32,000 bases of DNA from Zygophlyctis sp. KS116 (taxonomy: Eukaryota; Fungi; Chytridiomycota), in assembly GCA_054661495.1 (NCBI GenBank), contig BAAFSQ010000010.1, forward strand, positions 30,001 through 62,000. Direction: 5' to 3'. Position 1 is the stretch's first letter, and every line of letters begins with the position of its first letter. The notes beneath the pieces are model-generated. The model had not been told where the DNA came from. It ran no database searches and saw only the letters and a program-made list of their open reading frames with translations. Positions 11,234-21,164 of the stretch are shown one piece after another. The translations under genes and the position numbers were made by a program.

Positions 11234-12095
11234 TTATTTCCCCTGGTATACTGGTTTTCTTTTTTCCTTAAACGCAGTCAATCCTTCTAATCTATCTTGT
11301 GTAGGTATAACTTGAGCATAACATAATTCTTCAACTAAAAGTCCAGAGTTTCTATCTATAAAATATTTAAACTTACAAATCCAATTCCATTCCTTTACTA
11401 ATTGCGCATTTTGCCATTTTCAAAGCGATCGGACCACCTTGAATGATTGAGGAAGAAATCTCTAAAGCCTTATCAAGGACAGAGCCTTGCTCTACAAATT
11501 CATTTACAAGTCCAATATCAGATGCTTGTTTGGCCCCGAGAATTCTTCCAGTAAAAATAAGTTCTTTAGCTCTTGCTATTCCAATAAGTCTTGGTAATCG
11601 TTGAGTTCCTCCAGCTCCTGGAATAATTGCAAGTTTTGTCTCTGGCAATCCCAATTTCGCCAATGGTCCTGCAATACGAATATCTGTTGATAACGCCATT
11701 TCTAAACCACCACCAAGAGCAACACCATTAATAACAGAGACTGTAGGAATAGACAATGATTCCAAGTCTGTAAATGTTTGTCTTAGATCAGACACAAATC
11801 TCTGAACTTGATCAGTACTCATTTTAGCTCTTTCCTTTAAATCTGCTCCTGCACAAAAGACTTTATCAACTTTAGAGTCTAGAATTAGAACTCTAATAGA
11901 TCTAATCTTAGAATACAAGTATTACTCATCACGATTAATCTGATCTAGCGCCTCTTTTAATTCCCTCAATAGTCCTGATCCAAGCGCATTAGCAGCATTT
12001 TGCCTATTTAAACTCAATGTAGCGATTCCTGAATGAACACCAGACAATTTCAGTAATTGGATTTCTCTCGCAACAGAGTAACAACGTCTAATCAT
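11234..12095 (-). CDS. AUH: Methylglutaconyl-CoA hydratase (enoyl-CoA hydratase family)
   Basis: [72 protein letters not shown]. Introns 11902-11925 (24 nt) and 11352-11376. Confidence 0.92.
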
Positions 12096-12108
12096 TTTTT
12101 TAGAATGT

Positions 12109-12636
12109 TTAAGCTTTAAACGTAGCTGCTTGCTTCCTTACACGGGCCTCATAAGCAACCTTGTCTTTTTTATAGATTGCATAAGCTTCATGTTGAGCTG
12201 GTGAATTTGGATTTGGATCATTTAATAAATCTTGAATTCCCAATAGTATTTGTTTTAGAGTAATCGAAGGTTTCCAGTCCTGATCTTCATTTAAAATAGA
12301 TAAACAGACAGTTCCTGATGGATACACATTTGGACTAGTATAATTAAATCTAATAATCCTACTGAAATAGCGGAGGAGTAAATTGGCATTTTGGAGGTTT
12401 CTGAGGATAATCTTCAGGAAACAAAATCTTTAACTTGTATAATCCTCCTTCCCATGGAGTTGCAACTTTCCCTGGAATCCCTACCGTCTAACTAATAAAT
12501 TCATTAAATTTACCCAAATCAACAAATTCAATGAATCCTTGTCTTTTTCAGGCTTTGCAAAGAATCCATAAGGATGATCTTTTCTCCATTGTTTCCTTTC
12601 TTCTGCTAGACGAGTGAGAGCAATTGACGAACTCAT
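12109..12636 (-). CDS. UBC9: SUMO-conjugating enzyme UBC9
   Basis: [17 protein letters not shown] and [15 protein letters not shown]. Introns 12488-12513 and 12335-12362. Confidence 0.96.
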
Positions 12637-12745
12637 TCTACAATCCCCACAACTCTAGCCCTTTTATAGAATCTCATTAAACTCAAGTTTTAAAGTCTCT
12701 TTCAAGTTTATTTAAGAGATTTAATCTTTTTTTCTATCAGATAAT

Positions 12746-12894
12746 TCACTATATTTTAGTTTTTTCAAGATTACCTTTCTAGGACATGAACAGCGATCTT
12801 CAGGTTTAACTCCTGCTAATGCTGATTCAATATGCTGACCACATCCAGCCCAAGTAGGTTTATGACAAGTTGTGCATTCGACTCTTTTACACAT
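12746..12894 (-). CDS. Cys-rich microprotein, 40 aa if the terminal intron is spliced (57 aa to 12721 if not); putative metal-binding
   Basis: MCKRVECTTCHKPTWAGCGQHIESALAGVKPEDRCSCPRK, then a 26-nt GT..TAG segment (12749-12774) and TGA. Absent from the ORF track. Confidence 0.72.
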
Positions 12895-12961
12895 TTTATT
12901 TTTCTTTCAGTCTCCTAATTCCACCCCAACCCATGACATCTGACCGTCCTTTGAGCCATTA

Positions 12962-13001
12962 TAAGCTAAGCTAATTTAAGCTAAATATAAGCTAAATTAA
13001 G
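12962..13001. repeat. Short TAAGCTAA repeat cluster in a divergent promoter
   Basis: Four partly overlapping TAAGCTAA copies. Confidence 0.7.
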
Positions 13002-13086
13002 ATTGATCATGGCCGGTCAAGAAGAATCATTAGTTTTAAAATAAATACTAGAGAGTTTTGAGAGTTGAAAGTTTCGCGTTTAACAA

Positions 13087-14372
13087 ATGCAAGTCCAACT
13101 CAAACAGTCGCCAATTCTTTTTATAAACTTTAATCAGGACTATAGGTAACATGATTACTCTAAATTTCAAGTTGTCTAAGTATAGGAACAAAAACTGGGT
13201 ATAGAGTGTACAATTGTGATGGGAATTTGGGGAAATGTTACTCAAAAGGTACAAAAATATTTATAATTTGGATAGAACAAGGTGCAATAGGAATTTGTGA
13301 AATGTTGTTTTCTACTTCTTTAGTGGCGATAGTTGGGACCGGTCAGGATTCTAGTCTGTCGCCCAGATTATTACAAATTGTAAATACAAAAAGAGAATCT
13401 ACAATTTGTGAATTGACATTTATATCAGGGATTTTGGCAGTCAAATTAAATAGGAAGCGGTTGGTTGTTGTGTTGGAAGAACATATTTACATTTATGATA
13501 TCAGGTAAATTTAAAAGGTATAATCCGTTAGTAATATGAAACTTTTGCATACAATAGATACTAATCCAAATCCAAACTCTCTATGTGCTCTATCTCCTTC
13601 ATCAGACAATTGTTATTTAGCTTATCCGTCAAATTCATCAGGTTCAGCAGGGGAATTATTACTGTTTGATGCTACACATTTACAACCAATCAATATAATT
13701 CAAGCTCATAAAAGTCTGCTAAGTATAGTGACTTTTAATTTTGATGGTAGCTTGATTGCTACTGCTAGTGATAAGGTATTTATAATTCCTTTATAATTTT
13801 AGGGGACAGTCATTCGCGTTTTTTCTGTGCCATCAGGGCAAAAATTGTTTCAATTTAGAAGGGGGACTTATCCAATTCGCATTTTCTCAATATCTTTTGA
13901 TATTTCAAATAGCTTTTTAGCAGTGTCTTCAGAGTCTGATACGATTCATATTTTCAAATTATGTGCTTCAATAGAAGAAAATGATGGAAATGGATCTCAT
14001 TCTCTCTCTAATAAAAAATCTGGAATGATGGAATCCTTGTAAATTAATTTTTTAAAATTTTTTAGAAGATCTCCAATTATAAGTGCTGCAGGAGCTGTTG
14101 GAAACTATCTTCCAGAAATTTTTACTGAAATGTGGGAGCCTACAAGGGCATTTGCATTTGCAAAACTCCCACAGTCTTCAAAAGGACTATCAAATTTATG
14201 TGCACTTTCTCCAAATGGACTTTTAGTGGCTACGTCTGAAGGTGACTTTTTTCAATATCAGGTTAACCCGACTTCTGGAGGGGAGGCTCTTTTAGTGAAA
14301 CAATATGCACTCATTGAAAATGATCCAACAGACGACGTGAATAGTCCAGTCCTTCTCTCATCTTTATTCTAA
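13087..14372 (+). CDS. ATG18: PROPPIN autophagy protein ATG18
   Basis: [42 protein letters not shown]. Introns 13146-13171, 13249-13275, 13505-13531, 13776-13802, 14039-14065. Confidence 0.95.
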
Positions 14373-14393
14373 AACATGAAAAATTATATTATG

Positions 14394-15239
14394 TTAAATT
14401 GCATTCTTTTGAGCATATAGTATGTAATTCATAGAAATTTCAGATTTACATAATAGACTGGTTGGCTTTAACAAAAACCAAGATTTATTAATTGGATTCA
14501 ATCCAAGTCCTGTTTGTTAGTTTATAGATCATACCAGATATATCCTGAACAGACCCTCCATTACTTTCAATCCATTGAGACAATTCCTCTGGTTTAACAT
14601 ATTTGTTGTAATCATGAGTTCCTCTAGGGACTCCTAGTAGACTTTCCGCAATAAGAATCGTGCCGATATATGAAGCCATTGTTCTATTTATGGTTGATAA
14701 GAATAAATGTCCATTTGGCTTTGCTAGTTTACAAAGATTAGAGACAAACTCGTCTTGATTTTCAACATGTTCTAATACTTCTAAAGATACAACCAAATCA
14801 TATGATTCAGCCTTGGAGACTAGATCTTCTATGAATTAGTTGATCCTATCATACCTGCTGTTGTGCATTGATAATCAATTACTAACGATTTATCAAGACT
14901 TTTCTCTAAATGAGTCTTTGCGACTCCAATATTTTCCTTTGATGCATCGATAGCAGTAACTTGTGCCCCCAACCTTGCAAGAGACTCTGAGAGCAATCCA
15001 CCTCCACAACCAATGTCTAAACATTTTAATCCATGTAATGGCTTTGGCGAATGATCAAACGGTCTCATCATCTCACGGATATATTGTACTCTGACTGGAT
15101 TCATTGAATGCAACAAGGCAAACTCCCCATTTTCATCCCACCAATGTTTAGCAGCTCTAGAAAACTTTAACACTTCTTCAGAAGAGACACTTGAATATAA
15201 TCTGTTGGCCGTCCTGGTTAATCTAATTGCATTGATCAT
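14394..15239 (-). CDS. COQ3: Ubiquinone biosynthesis O-methyltransferase COQ3
   Basis: WWDENGEFALLHSMNPVRV, LDIGCGGGLLSESLARLGA, LEVLEHV, PRGTHDY, MNYILYA. Introns 14829-14854 and 14510-14534. Confidence 0.95.
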
Positions 15240-15369
15240 AATGTAAACGTTATTGACTGAATTGCAACTGACTGGTTCCGTTAAAAGTGCCTCAACTACT
15301 AGGCCTAGTAGCTTAACGAATGGTGGTTTAGCTGTTAATAACGCTATCAGTAACAAGATCAGTGCAATT
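15225..15369. other. Long imperfect fold-back element with five nested helices overlapping the COQ3 start; function unknown
   Basis: Pairings 15225-15237/15357-15369, 15248-15257/15334-15343, 15258-15265/15323-15330, 15279-15284/15313-15318, and palindrome CTACTAGGCCTAGTAG at 15296-15311. Confidence 0.65.
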
Positions 15370-15419
15370 TAAACTTGATCATTGTATTTTTAATATGTTT
15401 GTGTGGATTTTCCAAAACA

Positions 15420-16077
15420 TTAAAATACAATTGAAAGAATAATGTACGAACAATCATCATCTTCAATATCGGGTGAAATTTCGTCCAATTCATATCTAAA
15501 TGGTTAATAAATAGAAATAGAATTACCCCAATTTCTGATAAAACTCTAGAGCTGGAAGATTAGACTTAAATACGGTTAGCATGACTTTAAATAGATTAAG
15601 AGAATGTGCAATTCTAGACGCTGCATTCATGAGACACTTTCCAATGCCTTTTCCACGAGCGATTTCTTCAATTTCAATTTCATACACATACTATGGTCAA
15701 TAACAATACTATTACCAGCACTGGAATAGGATCGGAAAGCGATTCTTCTTCTACAAACTGAAAATACAAATATCCAACACGCTGAAGAGTTTCATGATCA
15801 ATTGCAATTAAATATCGGCCATTGGTATCAGACATTTCTTCAAGTTTTTGTTCAGGTTGCCATCCGCCAAAGTCAGTCGCTGATTCATACATACCCTGCA
15901 ACGATCGCTCAACAAGCCCAAAAGCCCAACTTAAAATATCCTGATCCACAGTATATACAATTTCGAATTTAAAGTCTTCTCGACTGGTTAGGAAGCGATC
16001 AAGGGATGTATTCTATTATATTATTGCAATACTGGTACTTGGATAGCGTTGGTTAATAGATCACGAAGTTTGGCCAT
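15420..16077 (-). CDS. NAA40: N-alpha-acetyltransferase 40 (NatD; GNAT fold)
   Basis: WAFGLVERSLQGMYESA...GWQPEQKLEEM, VLYVYEIEIEEIARGKGIGKCLM, KVMLTVFKSNLPALEFYQKLGYELDEISP. Introns 16013-16038, 15691-15715, 15496-15526. Confidence 0.9.
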
Positions 16078-16097
16078 GGATGTTTTTATTAAAATTT

Positions 16098-17680
16098 TTA
16101 CATCATTTGACTATAAAGAGAACTAGCATATTGCATAGGACGAATGTTAGCAGGGTGAGGAGCAGCCGTAAACTCATAATATTTCATTTCCAGATCGGGA
16201 GTGATATGAATATATGCACCCTTATTTCCAACAGAGTCGCAATAATTGGGAGCGGAAAAGATTGTTATACCTACATTTAATAATTTATAAAATTACATCT
16301 TCCATCATGAACAATTTCATAACCGTCTTGCTTAACTTCATGAGATCGAATAATACACTTTAGCTGATTCAATTCACAAAATGCTTTAGTAACATCAGGC
16401 CCAAATTGTAGTCCAATACCTCTCTTTGAAGGTGCTCTACCAAGAGCTGGCTGAGGATCTGACCATAATAGTTCACACATGAGTCCAGTATTGGAAGGTT
16501 GTTGAAATCTATCAATTTTTCTCAACTTAAAAATTTAGAGAATAAAGAAATTACTTCATCAATAGTAACATCATCCCTTGAAAACAGTCCACCATGAATA
16601 ACCAAAATCTTTTCTTGAATCAAGTTACCAAGAGGAACAGCATTAAAAATCTCTGAAAAGAATTTAAATGCGACATCTGAATATTTTGCCTTTACTTCTC
16701 CTTCAAATCCATATACCTAGATTTAAATTTTTCCTAATTACCTTGTTCATACTATCAGTCTCATGATTTCCACGGCTTAAATACACTGATTTTGGATACA
16801 GTACCTTTAATGTCAATAAAGTTAACATGACTTCGACTGAAAAAGATCCTCTATCAACAAAATCTCCATTCCATAAATACATATTTGTAGGAGAAGGAAG
16901 CCCATTCAACTCAAATATTTTCAACAAGTCATAAAATTGCCCATGAACATCTCCACAAACAGTCAATTTAGAGTCTTTTGGAATTGTAATATCCACTATT
17001 GCCTGATCTTTTTCTAGTAATGTCTTTGCCTGATCCATTATTTGATACAAATACTTTTTGTGTAATCTTTTTTCCTTTTTAAGAGCCTCCAAAAGTTGCA
17101 TAAAAAACTCTAGAGACACTTGACCTTGTAAAACCGGACCATCATACGAGTCTGGAACCTGAATTTCTTGTATATTTCCTATTAATTCCATGGCAGATTT
17201 TAAAACTTGTTCAAATGCAATTGCCTTTTCAAATTCAAGTCTTCTTAATTCTTTTTCACATTCAATAGATTTTCTTTTTGCATCTTGATCTGATGGTGCC
17301 ACTTTAATAACTGTTTTAAAGTCTTTGAGAGCCGCCTTCAAGTTTCCCAGACCCATATTAGCAACAGCTCTTCTATAATACCCCTTTACATAATTTGAAT
17401 CCAATTTTATCGCAGAGTCTGCATCTCTAATCGCCGCACCAAACAATTCAATTTTTATGTAAGCGAATGCTCTATTTGCATACAGCACCTGAGAATTTGG
17501 ATTAAAACTAATTGCATCAGTGTATTTTTGTATTGCGTCAGAGTATTTTTTACTAGAAAAAAAAGAATTTGCTTGCGACTTTAATTTGTCTGCTTCCTCT
17601 AAATCTTTGAGTGTTATATCTCCCAGCATCTTGTAAATTTCAGTCTGCTCAGTTTGAAATTGTCCTTGTGCCGTCATCAT
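16098..17680 (-). CDS. PPT1: Ser/Thr protein phosphatase 5 (TPR + PPP domain)
   Basis: TPRs plus [38 protein letters not shown]. Introns 16717-16741, 16526-16554, 16271-16296. Exact start uncertain. Confidence 0.96.
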
Positions 17681-17825
17681 ATCGTTTTCCTAAAAAAAAG
17701 AAATTTTAAATGGTTTTAAAAGGGTATAAATTTTATATAATACCAGTCTAATAAAAATCTTCACAACATGAAACCAAGTCTTAAGTCTTGGGTTAGTAAG
17801 TCCTAGGTTTCATAACAGCCCTAAT

Positions 17826-18296
17826 ATGATTGTCCCATGCAAAGTCTGTTCTCTTTCTTCTCCTCCGCCTGATCCAGTCCCAGGCTCTAAATACAAATGT
17901 CCGAAATGTCTGACTCCATACTGCTCAGTTGCATGCTTTAAAAGTCATGAATGTAGGAAAATTTTAATTTCTAATCCTGATCATGAGTTATCACAAGATC
18001 AATTATCTCTTATTCTAAAGTTAAATTCAACTTGTCCGGATTTATTAAAAATATTAAGAGAAATTGATGCATCTCCTACGTCTAATGATGCAGTCGATAA
18101 TCTAAATAAAAAAAGAATGGACTGTAAAGATTTAGATGATTGGTGTAAATCAATTTTACAAACTGCAAATTCGATAAGATCAGGATCAGTTTTACAAGAG
18201 TCTTTTTCTAGTGATAGTAGTGATGAATCTCAAGAAGAAGAAGAAGATTTACAACAAGATCAAGGAATGTCTAATAGTTTATATATTGTACACTAG
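17826..18296 (+). CDS. HIT-type zinc-finger protein (ZNHIT3/Hit1-like, box C/D snoRNP assembly)
   Basis: CKVC...KYKCPKCLTPYCSVACFKSH, a helical C-terminal part LLKILREID, and an acidic tail. Confidence 0.78.
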   Translation: MIVPCKVCSLSSPPPDPVPGSKYKCPKCLTPYCSVACFKSHECRKILISNPDHELSQDQLSLILKLNSTCPDLLKILREIDASPTSNDAVDNLNKKRMDCKDLDDWCKSILQTANSIRSGSVLQESFSSDSSDESQEEEEDLQQDQGMSNSLYIVH

Positions 18297-18470
18297 CACT
18301 AGGCATGATAATGCATTTTTAAATCAATTTTAAATCTTGACCTAGATATTAAACACTGACACCCACCCACCCAGATCAATTTCATCTCTAAAACTAAAAC
18401 TAAAAACAAAAAAAAAATTTAAAAAAAAAAGTGTCCTAGGGCCACCAACGCGAAAACCTTACACTTTTCA

Positions 18471-19888
18471 ATGCTCAGAAGAAGTTTAGCGACGGTCAAT
18501 GATATTCCAGCCGCTGCAACGTCTAGGACGTTTGGGCTCTTGAAGGATTCAGATAGAATATTTACAAACTTGTATGGACGGCATGATTTTAGACTGGCAG
18601 GGGCTAAAGCTAGGGGAGATTGGTACAAGACAAAGGAAATTCTGTTAAAAGGTTCAGACTGGATCATCAATGAAGTCAAGGCTTCCGGGCTCAGAGGAAG
18701 AGGTGGTGCAGGGTTTCCATCGGGTCTTAAATGGTCTTTTATGAATAAACCTGGGCCTCCTGATGGAAGACCAAAGTATCTGGTTATTAATGCAGATGAA
18801 GGGGAGCCTGGAACTTGTAAAGATCGTGAAATTATGAGAAATGATCCTCATAAATTGATTGAAGTAGGAATAATTTTTTTAAGAGAAATTAGGGATGTTT
18901 GATTGCAGGAAGAGCGATGAATGCAAGTGCGGCATACATTTATATAAGAGGAGAATTCTATAATGAAGCTTCAAATCTTCAAGAAGCGATAAATGAAGCT
19001 TACAAGGCAAATTTAATTGGTAAAAATGCTTGTGGTTCTGGTATGGATTTTGATGTTTATGTACATCGTGGGGCTGGAGCTTATATTTGTGGAGAAGAAA
19101 CTGCTCTTATAGAGTCTTTGGAAGGCAAACAAGGGAAGCCTAGACTTAAGCCCCCTTTTCCTGCAGATGTAGGCCTTTTTGGATGTCCGACAACTGTCGC
19201 TAATGTAGAGACTGTTGCGGTTGCTCCAACAATCTGTAGAAGAACTGGTGCTTGGTTTGCAGGATTTGGAAGACCTAAAAATTCTGGCACAAAATTATTT
19301 TGCATTTCAGGTCATGTCAACAATCCTTGTACGGTTGAAGAGGAAATGTCGATTCCTTTAAAAGTTTTGATTGAAAAGCATTGTGGTGGTATTCGTGGAG
19401 GATGGGATAATTTGCTCGCAATCATTCCAGGTGGATCTTCGGTTCCGATGATTCCTAAAGATATTTGTGAAAATGTACTCATGGATTTTGATGCATTAAG
19501 AGACGTGCAATCAGGGCTTGGAACTGCTGGAATAATTGTGATGGACAAATCAACAGACGTGATTGCAGCTATTGCCAGATTATCAGCATTCTATAAGCAT
19601 GAAAGCTGTGGACAATGCACTCCATGTAGAGAAGGAACTACATGGCTTTATAATATGATGACTAGATTCCAGGCAGGAAAAGCTCGTGTATCAGAGATTG
19701 ATATGATGGAAGAATTGTCTCGCCAAATCGAAGGACATACAATTTGTGCCTTGGTATTTTTATTTTATAATACTAATACATAGGGAGACGCTGCTGCTTG
19801 GCCAGTTCAGGGACTGATTCGACATTTCCGTCCAGAATTAGAGAAAAGAATTTCCGAATATAGGGCTCTGCATCCTGCAAATGCGTAG
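18471..19888 (+). CDS. NDUFV1: NADH:ubiquinone oxidoreductase 51 kDa flavoprotein subunit
   Basis: [66 protein letters not shown]. Introns 18864-18892 and 19754-19783. Confidence 0.98.
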
Positions 19889-19963
19889 TAAATATTATGG
19901 AATGTTTTTTCATAAAAATCATATTATATTTGCGTGTTTTCAATGAACTTCTTTAAATCATGA

Positions 19964-21120
19964 TTAAAATAATCCCATTTCAAATGCCAAGAGTATTAAA
20001 GGTAAAATAATCCAATCAAATTTGAGCTTGAGGCTGCCGCTCGGGGAGTTCGGACCAGAAATATTTCTCCTGAATGGAGTTACATTATCTTGGCGAGGTG
20101 ATTCTGAAATTGCATAATTATTCTCTGTATTGATTTGACCATTAAGACCATTCTGTTTAATCCAGTTATATACAGCTCCTTTGGTAGAATCAAATGCATT
20201 TAATGATGGGCAAAGCGGAGCAAAGACAGGCCAAGCCATACTATATCCACGACTTTCCTGCTGATCTCTAAGATTCTGTAATGCAAAAATACGATCTTTA
20301 TCATCCATCGCCTGGAAACGACCAGAATTAAAACCTGAGTAATTCAGAAAGGCACATGCCTCTGAACTAAAATCATTTGGATCTAAATTATTAATCAGCC
20401 CGATAGCAGGATATGGCACTTGTGATTTAATAACAAAATTATTGGTGGACAGTCCAACATAATCAGTAAGATCGGGGACGTCAGATGTGTCATATATATT
20501 CCCACCTTATTGTAAAATGTTGTACGTTACCGACCATCAAATTCATTGAATGTAGCGACTGAATCGCGTAGCTCCCTAGAGCAACTTGATTGCTAAAGGA
20601 TGCCGTCCAGTTTTCAAAATGAACAGCATCAATCTTGAAATCAGGATACATGCCCCGTAAATAGTTGTAGTTTTTCATCAGTGCCGTTAAAGACCGCAAA
20701 TTGATCGTAAGAAATGATTCTCCGTCCAACAGCAAGCTGAATTTACAATAGGGAGATGAATTTAATATTGTTCTTCTTACAGTGATGAAAGTTGCAACTT
20801 CCTCATCTAATATTAAGATAAATCCAATGCATTCACGTACCGGTGAAATTAGCCCCAGACTGCTTATAGATCAGGCCATGCACAAATGTGGGTGAAAGCT
20901 GCGCCAGCATATCAGCAAGTTCAAATGGATTCTGTGATTATCAGTATTTCATTATCACCTGAGTCATCAAGTTGTTGCTGCTAAACACCCAATTTCCATA
21001 GCGAAACATTCGTGCATCAACTACCCGATCAAATATTGGCGTATCTGCAAGAGAATAAAACGGAACTCCTCCAATAGGTGCAAATAAAAGCAAATTACAT
21101 AATATAAGAGCGATAAACAT
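19964..21120 (-). CDS. Secreted, probably GPI- or C-terminally anchored protein with an uncharacterised globular domain
   Basis: Signal peptide MFIALILCNLLLFAPIGG; continuous frame after introns 20932-20958, 20807-20840, 20506-20530; ends SPSGS...WIILPLILLAFEMGLF. Confidence 0.8.
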
Positions 21121-21164
21121 TTATTGAAAAATCTGAAAGAGATCTGAAAGAAACTCCGAAAATA

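Noticed and set aside
15240-15356. N-terminal extension of COQ3 shown in the ORF track
   Set aside because: Starts at a non-ATG codon; the ATG at 15239 gives a typical mitochondrial presequence.
18389-18430. A-rich tract as a retroposon poly(A) tail
   Set aside because: No element body or target duplication; more simply a promoter poly(dA:dT) tract.
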